Source: an uncultured Clostridia bacterium (lineage in GTDB: Bacteria > Bacillota > Clostridia > Christensenellales > CAG-1252). From it: 42,307 bases of DNA. The position numbers were made by a program, and so were the translations under genes. The stretch is from assembly GCA_946625545.1 (NCBI GenBank), contig CAMOTC010000003.1:1-42307 (forward strand), given 5' to 3'. The notes under the pieces are model-generated. The model worked only from the letters and a program-made list of their open reading frames with translations, was not told where the DNA came from and did no database searches. Shown here piece after piece: positions 21,198-31,340 of the stretch (positions are counted from its first letter, which is position 1; every line of letters begins with the position of its first letter).

Positions 21198-22410
21198 CAT
21201 CGGATGCAAGGTAAATCAATGCGAATGTGACAGCTTGATGACGGGCCTCAAGGCTCTCGGACACGAGGTGACGGACGAGCTCGTTTTTGCCGATAACTAT
21301 GTTATCAATACTTGCGCCGTGACCAAAGAGGCGGAGAGAAAGTCGAGACAGTTCGTCGGAAAGGTAAAGAAGATCAACCCCAAAGCCGACGTCTACGTCA
21401 TCGGTTGCGCCTCGGAGAAAAATGCGGAGCAGTTCTCTATAAAAGGAGTAAAGTACATCTCGGGTACGGCAAGAAAAGAGGACGTATTGCAGATGCTCTC
21501 GGGCGTGCATATTTCTGAGATCCCCGAGGTTTATGAGTCCCTACCGCAAGGGACAATTTTCCGCGCTCGCGCTTATGTAAAAGTCGAGGACGGATGCAAT
21601 AATTTCTGTTCTTACTGCATCATTCCCTACCTTCGCGGTCGGGTGCGTTCCCGCTCTATAGAGAGCATTCGTGAAGAGTGTATCAAAGCGGCGGAAACCA
21701 CCGACGAGATCGTACTGACGGGGATCAATCTCTCCGCTTACGGATCGGATATCGGCTTGACGCTTGCAGATCTCGTGAGTGCGCTCAGCGATCTTCCGGT
21801 GCGTTTGCGTCTCGGCAGTCTCGAGGTGAACGTCGTGACGGAAAGTTTCCTTGATGCCGTCGTTGCTTCGGAAAAGATCTGTCCCCATTTCCATCTCTCC
21901 TTACAGAGCGGCTCGGATGGCGTTCTCAAAGAGATGAATCGCCATTATACGACGGAAGAGTATAGGATGAAGGTATCTTTGATCCGCACCTATTTTCCCT
22001 CTGCGGCGATCACTACGGACATTATCGTCGGCTTTCCGACCGAAACGGAAGAGCAATTTGAAGAGAGTCTTGCCTTCGCCCGCGAGATCGGTTTCGCGAA
22101 TATCCACGTTTTCCCTTATTCGAGACGATTGGGCACGGCGGCTTATCCTCTCGGGACGTTGCCCGATCAGGTCATGACCGATCGCGTCAATCGAATGATC
22201 GCTCTTAGGAACGAATTGAAAAAAGCCTACGAGAGTCCTTTTGTGGGGAGTGAGCTCGAGGTGGTGGTGGAGTCGAGCGACGGTGTCTTTGCGGAAGGAT
22301 ATTCCGAGAATTATATCAGAGTCTATATTCCCGATCGCGATTACAGCGTGGGTAAAAAAATAATCGTCACGATCGAAGGCGAGAGAGCCGACGGTCTCCT
22401 GGCGAGATAG
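21178..22410 (+). CDS. mtaB: tRNA t6A37 methylthiotransferase
   Basis: GCKVNQCE, INTCAVT, VEDGCNNFCSYCIIP, HFHLSLQSGS, TTDIIVGFPTETEE. Confidence 0.92.
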   Translation: MKTAVINIGCKVNQCECDSLMTGLKALGHEVTDELVFADNYVINTCAVTKEAERKSRQFVGKVKKINPKADVYVIGCASEKNAEQFSIKGVKYISGTARKEDVLQMLSGVHISEIPEVYESLPQGTIFRARAYVKVEDGCNNFCSYCIIPYLRGRVRSRSIESIREECIKAAETTDEIVLTGINLSAYGSDIGLTLADLVSALSDLPVRLRLGSLEVNVVTESFLDAVVASEKICPHFHLSLQSGSDGVLKEMNRHYTTEEYRMKVSLIRTYFPSAAITTDIIVGFPTETEEQFEESLAFAREIGFANIHVFPYSRRLGTAAYPLGTLPDQVMTDRVNRMIALRNELKKAYESPFVGSELEVVVESSDGVFAEGYSENYIRVYIPDRDYSVGKKIIVTIEGERADGLLAR

Positions 22411-22419
22411 GAGGAAAGT

Positions 22420-22758
22420 ATGGATTGTATTTTTTGTAAGATCGTAAAAGGAGAGATCCCTAGTCCGCGCGTCTATGAGGACGATGATTTTATCGTCATT
22501 CGCGACATCGCGCCGCAGGCGAAATATCACTATCTCGCGATCCCGAAGAAGCACTTTGCCGACGTGACCGAGATGGCGGATGAGGACGTCCTCTTGGTGG
22601 GGCGCATTTTCAAGAAGATCGGTGAGATCGCGGACTCCCTCGGACTGTCGGGCGGCTTCCGTCTCGTCTCCAATAAAGGGGCAGACGCGATGCAGAGTGT
22701 GCCGCACCTGCATATCCACATCCTCGGCGGTGAAAAAATGTCTGATAAAATGTGCTGA
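22420..22758 (+). CDS. Histidine triad nucleotide-binding protein
   Basis: DCIFCKI, QSVPHLHIHILGG. Confidence 0.95.
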   Translation: MDCIFCKIVKGEIPSPRVYEDDDFIVIRDIAPQAKYHYLAIPKKHFADVTEMADEDVLLVGRIFKKIGEIADSLGLSGGFRLVSNKGADAMQSVPHLHIHILGGEKMSDKMC

Positions 22759-22763
22759 AATCA

Positions 22764-22792
22764 TTGACAACCATTTTGTGATGCAATAGAAT
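22764..22792 (+). promoter_or_regulatory. SigA promoter for rpsU
   Basis: TTGACA-17 bp-TAGAAT. Confidence 0.7.
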
Positions 22793-22838
22793 TTATAGAG
22801 ATCAATATACCGTTTACGGAAGGTGGGTGAACAAAAAA

Positions 22839-23021
22839 GTGACTAACATCAAAGTTCGTGAGAATGAATCTTTAGACAGTGCGATCAGACGTTTCAAGCG
22901 TCAGTGCACGAAAGATGGCATCATCGGTGACATCAAGAAGAGAGAAGCGTACGAAAAGCCCAGCGTAAAGCGTAAGAAGAAGGCGGAGGCTGCTCGCAAG
23001 AGAAAGTCTTCCAGAGACTGA
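22839..23021 (+). CDS. rpsU: 30S ribosomal protein S21
   Basis: [19 protein letters not shown]...[22 protein letters not shown]; GTG 22839 preferred over 22827 from RBS position. Confidence 0.95.
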   Translation: MTNIKVRENESLDSAIRRFKRQCTKDGIIGDIKKREAYEKPSVKRKKKAEAARKRKSSRD

Positions 23022-23027
23022 AAAATC

Positions 23028-23061
23028 GAGTCTCGAACATAGCGTTCGAGACTCTTTTTTT
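23028..23061. terminator. Terminator between rpsU and dinB (likely bidirectional)
   Basis: GAGTCTCGAAC-ATAGC-GTTCGAGACTC then T run; A run upstream. Confidence 0.8.
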
Positions 23062-23063
23062 AC

Positions 23064-24296
23064 CTATTGTTTCTTGAACGGTTTTGACTCTTCGTCGAAA
23101 TCTTCGTCCTTCTCGGTGGTAAGATTTCCTCTGTGAATGATGTCGAAACCGTACTTGTCTCTGATGCGATCGATGCTTTTCTCGAGACGAGTATTTTTCA
23201 GTGATTTTTTCTCCTCTTCAAAAAAGGAAGTAGGTACGTAATCATCGGTGCCGATCAAGTATATCGCGGTCACCGTCAGTGCTCTGACGGGGAGGGAGAC
23301 GCCTTGTTTCCATAAGCTGTCCAGTAGGGTCATGGCGTTATTCTTGATATCCGTCGCCGATGCCGTCGGAGCTGGGAGGCGCATTTGCTTTCCTTTTATC
23401 GTCATCATATTTGACTTTACGCTGAGATGTACGCCGCAACAGAGCATTTCGTGGCGGCGCAGTCTCGTCGCAACTCTCTCGGAGAGAGAAGTGATCAACT
23501 TGGCACATTCCTCTCGCCTCGTCAGGTCTTTTTCTGCGGTGGATCCGTTTCCGATGCTTTCGGGACGTCTCGTCTCATAGTAGAGTTTAACCGGGGAGTC
23601 GTCGATGCCGTTCGCCCACTCGTGCAAGGTTGCGCCCATTTTGCCGAGCCGCGCAGTCAGGAATTCTTTATCAGCTCTCGCGAGATCTCCGATCGTGCGT
23701 ATCCCAACGGTACGAAAAAACTCCATTGATCCGGCACCGACCATCAATATGTTTTCCACGGGAAGAGGCCAGGCGATCTCTCGATAATTTTCCTGCGAGA
23801 TCAGAGTCTGCGCGTCGGGCTTTTTATAGTCGGAGCCGAGTTTTGCAAAGACCTTTGTGAAGGATACTCCCACGCTGATCGTGATGCCGAGCTCCTCTTT
23901 TGCTCTGCGGCGTAATTCTTCTGCGATATGCTCGCTTGACCCAAAGAGTTTATGACTGCCCGAGAGGTCGAGCCAGCATTCGTCCAAGCCGAAGCTCTCC
24001 ACGCGGTCTGTGTAGGAAGTGTATAGGGAGTAGAGAGATTTGGAATACTTGACGTATGAGGGAAAGTCGGGCGGGATCAGTATGAGATCGGGACAGCACT
24101 CTTTCGCCTCGCGAATGGTCTGACCCGTCTTTACACCGAGACGTTTCGCTCCTTCGCTTTTGGCAAGTATGATGCCGTGACGTTTCTCGGGGTCACCGCA
24201 GACGGCTATATTCTTGCCCACGAGAGAGGGATCCTTCGTCATCTCGACGGAGGCGTAAAAATTATTGGCATCGCAGTGTAAAATATCTACTTTCAT
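23064..24296 (-). CDS. dinB: Y-family DNA polymerase IV
   Basis: ILHCDANNFYASVE, GLDECWLD, AKLGSDYKKPD; start uncertain (ATG 24296 or GTG 24326). Confidence 0.9.
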   Translation of the reverse strand: MKVDILHCDANNFYASVEMTKDPSLVGKNIAVCGDPEKRHGIILAKSEGAKRLGVKTGQTIREAKECCPDLILIPPDFPSYVKYSKSLYSLYTSYTDRVESFGLDECWLDLSGSHKLFGSSEHIAEELRRRAKEELGITISVGVSFTKVFAKLGSDYKKPDAQTLISQENYREIAWPLPVENILMVGAGSMEFFRTVGIRTIGDLARADKEFLTARLGKMGATLHEWANGIDDSPVKLYYETRRPESIGNGSTAEKDLTRREECAKLITSLSERVATRLRRHEMLCCGVHLSVKSNMMTIKGKQMRLPAPTASATDIKNNAMTLLDSLWKQGVSLPVRALTVTAIYLIGTDDYVPTSFFEEEKKSLKNTRLEKSIDRIRDKYGFDIIHRGNLTTEKDEDFDEESKPFKKQ

Positions 24297-24366
24297 ATCT
24301 TTCCGAATGGGATGGGTTTCATCCACATCTATTATAGCATATTATTTAGTAATTAAATAATGTTTC

Positions 24367-24395
24367 TTGATTTTTTTGCATTTGAAGTCTATAAT
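24367..24395 (+). promoter_or_regulatory. SigA promoter for nucleotidyltransferase-mcsAB-clpC
   Basis: TTGATT-17 bp-TATAAT followed by AAGGAGG. Confidence 0.65.
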
Positions 24396-24412
24396 ATAAG
24401 GAGGGAAAAAGT

Positions 24413-25219
24413 ATGTCTGTAAAAGCGGTGATCCTTGCCGCAGGTAGGGGTGCTAGGCTGTGTCCTTTGACTCCCTTTATCCCCAAAGAAATGCTCCCTG
24501 TGGATGGTTTTCCCGCGCTCCATCACGTCTTGAATGAGGTCGTGGATGCGGGGATCACAGAGGTGATGATCGTCCTCTCCGAAGGGAAGGAAATGATCCG
24601 CGAGTATCTGACCCGTGAGCTCTCTCCCAAGGGGTGCGAAGCGTCTCTGTTTGCAGAGGAGCGAAAGAGGACGCTCTCTCGAGTGAAGATCACTTTCGCG
24701 CTGCAGAAGGAGCTCCTCGGTACCGCGCATGCGATCTCGCTTGCAAAGGATTTTGCGGGGCAGGATCCTTTGCTCGTCATATATCCAGACGACTTGATCT
24801 ATGATGCACGCGCGCATCGGATCATCAGCGAGCCTACTCGTCGGTTGGTGGACTCCTGCCTTGAGACAGGGCATAGCGTCCTCCTTGCCGCAGAGATCCC
24901 CGGGCGTCTTGCCTCGATGTACGGCGTGCTGACTCTCCGAAGGAGAGGAGAGCGCTATGACGTTACGGATATCGTGGAGAAACCTCTCCGATACAACGCG
25001 GATCGGGCGCACGTCCTCGTGGGACGAATGATGCTCACCTCGCGCATAATGGATAGCTTGACTTACTGTCGTATGAATGACTGCGAAGGGATCATTCCCG
25101 CGCTGACACTAGAGGCGAGAGCAGGGCGATTATCTGCGGAAGTGTATCGCGGGAAGCGCTATGACCTCGGCTCGCACGAGGGATATCGACTGTTGCTGCG
25201 AGATAGTACTCGCGGCTGA
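24413..25219 (+). CDS. Sugar-phosphate nucleotidyltransferase, GalU-like
   Basis: KAVILAAGRGARLCPLT..IPKEMLPV, QKELLGTAHAI, IVEKP, RYDLGS. Confidence 0.8.
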   Translation: MSVKAVILAAGRGARLCPLTPFIPKEMLPVDGFPALHHVLNEVVDAGITEVMIVLSEGKEMIREYLTRELSPKGCEASLFAEERKRTLSRVKITFALQKELLGTAHAISLAKDFAGQDPLLVIYPDDLIYDARAHRIISEPTRRLVDSCLETGHSVLLAAEIPGRLASMYGVLTLRRRGERYDVTDIVEKPLRYNADRAHVLVGRMMLTSRIMDSLTYCRMNDCEGIIPALTLEARAGRLSAEVYRGKRYDLGSHEGYRLLLRDSTRG

Positions 25220-25227
25220 GGATAGAT

Positions 25228-25683
25228 ATGGAAAAAGAGCTTTGTCAAATATGCCATCACAGGATCGCGGAGCATCGATTTGTCCGCATTGTCGGCGGGG
25301 TGGAGACATCCTACCGCATCTGTTCGCATTGTAAAGCTCTGATGGATAATAAGTACAAGGAGCTCCAAGCCGAAGCGGCGAGAAAAGCCGTTCCGCCCGA
25401 GCGCCGCGTCTGTCCTACCTGCGGATCGACCTTGCAGAGTTTCTCCGCTACCGGTCTTCTCGGATGTGAGGAGTGTTATCACGTATTCGATGATTATCTG
25501 ATCGAATATATCCGCGGTTATCACGGAGCGGTCACGCACGTCGGCATGAATGCAAAAGCGGTGCCTACCGATATAGAAACTCTCTACAGAGAACTCGCTG
25601 ATCTCGTCAAGAAAGAGGAATTTGAAAAAGCAAGTCTCCTGAAGAAAAAGATCAAGCGCTTGCAAGGAGGGGTAGATGACTGA
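25228..25683 (+). CDS. mcsA: McsA-like activator (CxxC motifs plus UVR domain)
   Basis: CQIC, CSHC, CPTC, LGCEECY; C-terminal LVKKEEFEKASLLKKKIK; precedes mcsB. Confidence 0.85.
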   Translation: MEKELCQICHHRIAEHRFVRIVGGVETSYRICSHCKALMDNKYKELQAEAARKAVPPERRVCPTCGSTLQSFSATGLLGCEECYHVFDDYLIEYIRGYHGAVTHVGMNAKAVPTDIETLYRELADLVKKEEFEKASLLKKKIKRLQGGVDD

Positions 25684-26656
25684 TTATATCGTTATTTCCT
25701 CTCGTGCAAGACTCGCACGTAATCTCTCGGGAGTAAAGTTTCCTTCAAAGATCACGCCCGACGAAGTCGTCGTCGTGGAAAGGGCGGCGCTTACCGCGGC
25801 AAAGAAGGTCTTTGATGCCGCATTCTATCGTATATCCGATCTCAACGATGCTGACTTGGAGTATCTCGTAGAAGGGCATTTTATCAGCAAGCATCTCCTT
25901 GAATCTCCCTATGCCGCATTGATCCTATCCAAGGACAAAAGAATGTCGGTGATGCTCCAAGAGGAGGATCATATCCGCTCGCAGTATATCCTCCCGGGAC
26001 TTTCGCTGGAGGAGTGCTTCGCCGCGGTAAAGGAATATGATGAGATGCTGCGCGGCGAGACCTATCTTGCCTACGATAAACAGCTCGGATACCTGACCGC
26101 CTGTCCCACTAACGTCGGGACTGGGCTACGCGCCTCTGTCATGATGTTTCTCCCTGCGCTCAGTATGTCGGGAGGGATCGGCGAACTCGAGAACGAACTC
26201 AAAAACGCAAGTCTCACGATCCGCGGCGCCCTCGGAGAAGGCTCAAAGGCGGAAGGATATCGTTATCAGATCTCTAATGCGATCTCTCTCGGTGTCACGG
26301 AGGACAGGATCCTAAATCGTGTCGAATCCGCGGCAAAAAGGATCAAAGAGATCGAATGGAATACTTTGGAGACACATTACGAAAGGGATCGTCTCAGGAT
26401 CGAAGACTCGGTCATGCGTTCCGACGCGATCCTTCGCTCTGCGAGGATACTCACGCAGGATGAACTCGAGTCCTTGATCGTGTATGAAAAGATCGGCGTC
26501 ATCCTCGGACTCATCGGCGCAGGAGGGGTGAATCTTGATGAGCTTACTCTGCTCTGCAAGTCGTCCTCGCTGATGCGTTTGGTCGGGCGTGACTCAAATA
26601 TAGACGAGAAACGTGCCGAAACTGTAAGAAAAGCAATTACCCAAAAGGAGGAATAG
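25676..26656 (+). CDS. mcsB: Protein-arginine kinase
   Basis: SSRARLARNL, EEDHIRSQ, GYLTACPTNVGTGLRASVM, YQISN. Confidence 0.9.
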   Translation: MTDYIVISSRARLARNLSGVKFPSKITPDEVVVVERAALTAAKKVFDAAFYRISDLNDADLEYLVEGHFISKHLLESPYAALILSKDKRMSVMLQEEDHIRSQYILPGLSLEECFAAVKEYDEMLRGETYLAYDKQLGYLTACPTNVGTGLRASVMMFLPALSMSGGIGELENELKNASLTIRGALGEGSKAEGYRYQISNAISLGVTEDRILNRVESAAKRIKEIEWNTLETHYERDRLRIEDSVMRSDAILRSARILTQDELESLIVYEKIGVILGLIGAGGVNLDELTLLCKSSSLMRLVGRDSNIDEKRAETVRKAITQKEE

Positions 26657-26659
26657 ATT

Positions 26660-29170
26660 ATGTTTTATAACTTTTCAAGCGAAGCCGAACAAGTAGTGGA
26701 ATATGCAACGAAGATCGCCTCCAGATCGGGAGGGTTGATCGCTACCGAGCACCTGCTCGCAGGCGTTTTGTACGTGGATAATGCTCTCGCCGACAAGATG
26801 ACGGCGTACGGTATGCCCGTGGAGGGTGTCGTGCGTTTTATCGATACAAATCATCCTCTCGTCAGCAGGATCCGTATCTCGACCAATGCGGGAAGGGTCT
26901 TTCGTCTGGCGCAGATGCTCGCGGAGCGCTTGAACTCCGACAAGGTCTATCCCTTGCATATCTTCCTCGCTATCTTGCGCACGCCTTGCCGTGCGTGCAG
27001 TATCATTGAGTCCTTTAATATCGCTCCTTCGACGCTCTTTGCCGAGCTCGCAGGGCAGGAGGAGGATGCGCCTGACAGAACGTCCGCGTCGGGCGGGTTG
27101 GATCGTGAAGACGACATCTTTGCGGGAATGGAGCGCTTTTTCCGTGCGATCTCGGATCAGGACGGAAAGACGGAAAAGGAAGAAGCCCCGCTGACAAGCC
27201 GTAACGGAAAGAAGGAGTCCGACCTTGACGAGGCCTTAAAGGGGATCGGCGAAGATCTGACCGCAAAGGCGAGAGCGGACAAGCTCGATCCCGTGATCGG
27301 CAGAAAGAATGAGATCGAGAGGATCATTCAGATACTCTCGCGTAGGACAAAGAATAATCCCGTTTTGATCGGAGAACCCGGCGTAGGTAAGACTGCGATC
27401 GTGGAGGGGCTTGCTCAGGCGATCGTTTCGGGCAACGTCCCCGAGACCTTGAAGGACAAGAGGATCTTTACTCTCGATATCTCGAGCGTGGTCGCAGGGA
27501 CGAAGTATCGCGGCGAATTTGAAGAAAAACTCAAGAACGCTATCGGAGCGATCAAGGAGGCGGGTGACGTCATCATCTTTATCGATGAGATCCATATGAT
27601 CGTAGGCGCAGGCGCGGGAAGCGAGAGCTCGATGGACGCCGCGAATATCTTAAAACCGATGCTCGCTCGCGGAGAACTGCAGGTAGTAGGGGCTACGACC
27701 CTTGACGAATATCGTAAGAATATCGAGAAAGACGCCGCGCTTGAGAGGAGATTTCAGCCCATTATGGTAGATCCTCCGACAGTCGAGGATACCATCACCA
27801 TTTTGAAAGGACTGCGCAATAAGTACGAGCAGCACCATAAGGTGAAGATCACCGATGAGTCTTTGACTGCAGCGGCAGTTTTGTCCGATCGCTATATCAG
27901 CGACAGATATTTGCCCGACAAGGCGATCGACCTCATCGACGAGGCAGCGAGCAGAAAGAGAATGTTGAATTTCACCGCGCCCGACTCGATCAATGCTCTC
28001 GAGAATAAGATCGCATCGCTTGAAGCGCAGATCAAAGAGCGTGTCAGTCACGAGGACTTTGACGCCGCGTCGGCGCTGAAAAAGGAGAAGGAAGAGCTCA
28101 TTATGAAGCTCTCTAAGAGCAAGCTGAATTGGTCTTCCGAGGTCAATACCTCCGAGCTCGTGATCACAGAGCAGGATATCGCGGAGATCGTTTCCAAATG
28201 GACGGGGATCCCCGTAGTAAAACTCACCGAGGCGGAAGCGTCAAAACTCATGAATCTCGAGAAAGAACTCTCCAAGAGGGTCGTTGGACAGAGCGAAGCG
28301 ATCTCCGCTCTCGCTCGTTCGATTCGCCGCGCGAGAGCAGGTCTCGGCGATCCCAAGCGTCCGATCGGATCCTTTATCTTTATGGGTCCCACGGGCGTAG
28401 GTAAGACCGAGCTGTGCAAGGCTCTCGCAGAGACGATGTTTGGAGATGAGAACAATATTGTGCGTATCGATATGAGCGAATATATGGATAAGATCTCGGT
28501 CACGAAGCTCACAGGTTCCGCACCCGGATACGTCGGATACGAGGAAGGGGGACAACTCACCGAAAAGATCAGGCGCAAACCCTATTCCGTCGTGCTTTTC
28601 GACGAGATCGAGAAGGCGCATCCCGACGTCTATAATCTGCTTTTACAGATTTTGGACGACGGACGACTGACCGATAGCCATGGCAGGACCGTCAGCTTCA
28701 AGAATACCATCATCATCATGACCTCGAATATCGGGGCGAATGTCGGCAAGCAGACCAAACATCTCGGTTTCGGCTCCTCCGACGAATATGAGAATGAACG
28801 AGAGAGACACATCGAAGCGCTCCGCTCCTTCATGCGTCCCGAGTTTATCAATCGTCTCGACGATATCATCGTTTTCCACAGCTTGACCGAGGAAAATATC
28901 TCGCAGATTTCCGAGATCATGCTGACCTCTTTGCAAAAGAGACTTGATGATAAAAATATCAGGATAGTATTGACGGAAGAGGCAAAAAAGTTTATTATAA
29001 AGAAGGGGACAAACGTGGAATACGGAGCACGTCCCTTACGTCGTACAGTTGAGCGTTTGCTCGAGGACGCTCTATCGGAGAAACTTCTCCTCGGAGAGAT
29101 CGCGATCGGAGACACCGTGACGGTGGACTACGAAGGCGGCGAGGAGCTGACATTCCGAAAGAGTGCATGA
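26660..29170 (+). CDS. clpC: ATP-dependent Clp protease ATP-binding subunit
   Basis: Clp_N repeats, GEPGVGKT, UVR coiled coil, GPTGVGKTE, GYVGYEEGGQLTE, LGF loop, GARPLRR. Confidence 0.95.
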   Translation: MFYNFSSEAEQVVEYATKIASRSGGLIATEHLLAGVLYVDNALADKMTAYGMPVEGVVRFIDTNHPLVSRIRISTNAGRVFRLAQMLAERLNSDKVYPLHIFLAILRTPCRACSIIESFNIAPSTLFAELAGQEEDAPDRTSASGGLDREDDIFAGMERFFRAISDQDGKTEKEEAPLTSRNGKKESDLDEALKGIGEDLTAKARADKLDPVIGRKNEIERIIQILSRRTKNNPVLIGEPGVGKTAIVEGLAQAIVSGNVPETLKDKRIFTLDISSVVAGTKYRGEFEEKLKNAIGAIKEAGDVIIFIDEIHMIVGAGAGSESSMDAANILKPMLARGELQVVGATTLDEYRKNIEKDAALERRFQPIMVDPPTVEDTITILKGLRNKYEQHHKVKITDESLTAAAVLSDRYISDRYLPDKAIDLIDEAASRKRMLNFTAPDSINALENKIASLEAQIKERVSHEDFDAASALKKEKEELIMKLSKSKLNWSSEVNTSELVITEQDIAEIVSKWTGIPVVKLTEAEASKLMNLEKELSKRVVGQSEAISALARSIRRARAGLGDPKRPIGSFIFMGPTGVGKTELCKALAETMFGDENNIVRIDMSEYMDKISVTKLTGSAPGYVGYEEGGQLTEKIRRKPYSVVLFDEIEKAHPDVYNLLLQILDDGRLTDSHGRTVSFKNTIIIMTSNIGANVGKQTKHLGFGSSDEYENERERHIEALRSFMRPEFINRLDDIIVFHSLTEENISQISEIMLTSLQKRLDDKNIRIVLTEEAKKFIIKKGTNVEYGARPLRRTVERLLEDALSEKLLLGEIAIGDTVTVDYEGGEELTFRKSA

Positions 29171-29225
29171 TCGATATACTCGTCCTCTAGGACGATTATA
29201 TAATTTACCATAAAGGAGGCTTTAT

Positions 29226-29771
29226 ATGAGAATCGACATTGTGGGTAAGAACTATTCGGTGAGTGACAAGCTTGACGATATCATCCGCAGAAAAGCAGAG
29301 AGATTGGATCGCTTTTTCTCTGATGACGTGACCGCTCGCGTAGTCTGCAAGGAAGAGCACAAGGGGAGATATACTCTCGAAGTGACCATTATCGTGGACG
29401 GTGCGGTCATCCGCAGCGAAGAGACCAGCGATAATATGTATAGCAATATCGACGTCGTGATCCCGAAGATCGACAGACAGATCCGCAAGCACAGGACGAG
29501 ATTGAATAAGAAGATCAAGGACAGCTACTTTAACTTCAGCGCCGCGGAGGCGGAGGCGATCGAGATGAGCGATCCGCAGGAAGCGGAGATCCCCGTCATC
29601 GTGAAGACCAAGAAGTTTGAGCTCCTCCCGATGAGCGTAGAAGAGGCGATCGAGCAGATGGACCTCTTGGAAAATAAGTTCTTTGTGTATCTGAATCCCA
29701 CTACGGGCAAGGTAAATATCGTGTACAGGAGGTATGATGAGACCGTCGGTCTCATTGAGCCGCAGTATTAA
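29226..29771 (+). CDS. hpf: Ribosome hibernation promoting factor (long HPF)
   Basis: MYSNIDVVIPKIDRQIRKHRT, PMSVEEAIEQMDLL, NIVYRR. Confidence 0.92.
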   Translation: MRIDIVGKNYSVSDKLDDIIRRKAERLDRFFSDDVTARVVCKEEHKGRYTLEVTIIVDGAVIRSEETSDNMYSNIDVVIPKIDRQIRKHRTRLNKKIKDSYFNFSAAEAEAIEMSDPQEAEIPVIVKTKKFELLPMSVEEAIEQMDLLENKFFVYLNPTTGKVNIVYRRYDETVGLIEPQY

Positions 29772-29791
29772 AAGGAGAATAAACAAAACGT

Positions 29792-31216
29792 ATGGCAAGA
29801 TTTAATAAAAACGACTACCGCATCCGCTTTGATTTCAACAATATGATGCGGGACTATATCGGCGCGGAGCAAGGGATCAAGGATTCCGACATCTCCGCTG
29901 TCTCCTCCACCGTTAAAGGCGCCTATGAGAGTGTGAAAGCGCAGGGCGGCGCTGGCTGGCAAGGATGGCTGGATCTCCCCTATAATCAAAATGAGATCGT
30001 CGCGGATATCATCGATACCGCAAAGTCGGTGAGAAAGAATTTCAAGACCTTCGTCGTGCTCGGCATCGGCGGTAGTGCGCTCGGCCCCATCGCGGTCTTC
30101 CAGGCGCTATGTCATCTGCATTACAACGAGCTTCCCTACAAGATGCGCAAGGGACCGAAGTTCTATGTAGAGGATAATATCGATCCTGAGCGTATGGCGG
30201 CGCTCCTCGACATCATCGACGTCAAGACCACGATGTTTAACGTGATCACCAAGAGCGGTGCAACGAGCGAGACTATGAGCCAGTATCTCGTGATCACCGA
30301 TATCTTGAAAAAAGCTCTCGGCGCCGACTATGCGAGCCACGTGATCGCCACGACAGATAAGGAGAAGGGAAATCTCATCAAGCTCGCAAAGAAGGAGGGA
30401 TTCAAGACCTTCTATATCCCGTCAGGCGTGGGCGGACGTTTCTCCGAGATGTCTCCTGTGGGACTGCTTCCCGCCGCTGTACTCGGCATTGATATCAAGA
30501 AGATGCTCCTCGGTGCGAAGGATATGATCGCGCAGGGCTTCAAAACGGCAAATCCCTATAAGAATATGCCATTGATGGCTGCGACGTTGCAGTATATCGC
30601 GATGGGCAAGGGAAAGAATATTTCCGTCATGATGCCCTATGCCGATAGCCTGAAGTATATCGCAGACTGGTACTGCCAGTTGTGGGGCGAGAGCCTCGGC
30701 AAGTCTGTTGACAAAGAGGGCAAAGAGGTCTATGCGGGACAAACTCCCGTCAAGGCACTCGGCGTCACCGATCAGCACAGTCAGATCCAGCTCTACACCG
30801 AAGGTCCATTTGATAAAGTCATCACCTTGATCGCTGTGGACAACTTCCGCAAGGAAGTCATGATCCCCGAAGGCCTCGCAGATTTCCCCGACGTGAATTT
30901 CCTGTGCGGCAATACGATGGGCACCCTCCTCAATACCGAGAGGAAGGCGACCGAATATGCACTCGCAAAGAAGCATCGTTTGAACCGCACGATCACCGTG
31001 CCCGAAGTCAACGAGTATTCGATCGGACAGCTCTTGATGCTCTTTATGATGGAGACCGCATTTGTGGGTGCGATGCTGAATATCGATACCTTCAATCAAC
31101 CCGGTGTGGAAGAGGGCAAGAACGCGACCTACGCGATGTTTGGCAGAAAGGGCTACGAAGAGAAGAAAGCGGAGCTCGATAGCGCAAAGGCAAAGTCGGA
31201 AAAATACATCATTTGA
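29792..31216 (+). CDS. pgi: Glucose-6-phosphate isomerase
   Basis: LGIGGSALG, TKSGATSET, VGGRFS, QLWGESLGK, GVTDQHSQ, FNQPGVEEGK. Confidence 0.95.
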   Translation: MARFNKNDYRIRFDFNNMMRDYIGAEQGIKDSDISAVSSTVKGAYESVKAQGGAGWQGWLDLPYNQNEIVADIIDTAKSVRKNFKTFVVLGIGGSALGPIAVFQALCHLHYNELPYKMRKGPKFYVEDNIDPERMAALLDIIDVKTTMFNVITKSGATSETMSQYLVITDILKKALGADYASHVIATTDKEKGNLIKLAKKEGFKTFYIPSGVGGRFSEMSPVGLLPAAVLGIDIKKMLLGAKDMIAQGFKTANPYKNMPLMAATLQYIAMGKGKNISVMMPYADSLKYIADWYCQLWGESLGKSVDKEGKEVYAGQTPVKALGVTDQHSQIQLYTEGPFDKVITLIAVDNFRKEVMIPEGLADFPDVNFLCGNTMGTLLNTERKATEYALAKKHRLNRTITVPEVNEYSIGQLLMLFMMETAFVGAMLNIDTFNQPGVEEGKNATYAMFGRKGYEEKKAELDSAKAKSEKYII

Positions 31217-31227
31217 CCTCGATTCGC

Positions 31228-31256
31228 TTGACATACGTTTGGCGGAGAGATACAAT
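31228..31256 (+). promoter_or_regulatory. SigA promoter of riboswitch-thiT leader
   Basis: TTGACA-17 bp-TACAAT. Confidence 0.75.
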
Positions 31257-31266
31257 TTAATAGCAA

Positions 31267-31340
31267 TGTTGCAAGGGGTGCCGAAAGGCTGAGATCATAC
31301 CCTTCGAACATGATGAGGTAATTCTCGGCATGGAAAGCAC
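31267..31340 (+). ncRNA. TPP (THI-box) riboswitch, compact variant
   Basis: AAGGGGTGCC-GAAA-GGCTGAGA...CCCTTCGAAC..GAT..GGTAATT..GGAA; upstream of a thiamine transporter. Confidence 0.8.

Noticed and set aside
23034-23048. CGAAC-ATAGC-GTTCG resembling an SOS box near dinB
   Set aside because: Spacer is 5 nt rather than 4, it lies at the 3' end of dinB, and it is the top of the terminator hairpin
29181-29194. Palindrome CGTCCT-CT-AGGACG upstream of hpf
   Set aside because: Single 6-bp stem with no U-tract and no second copy; cannot be assigned as operator or terminator
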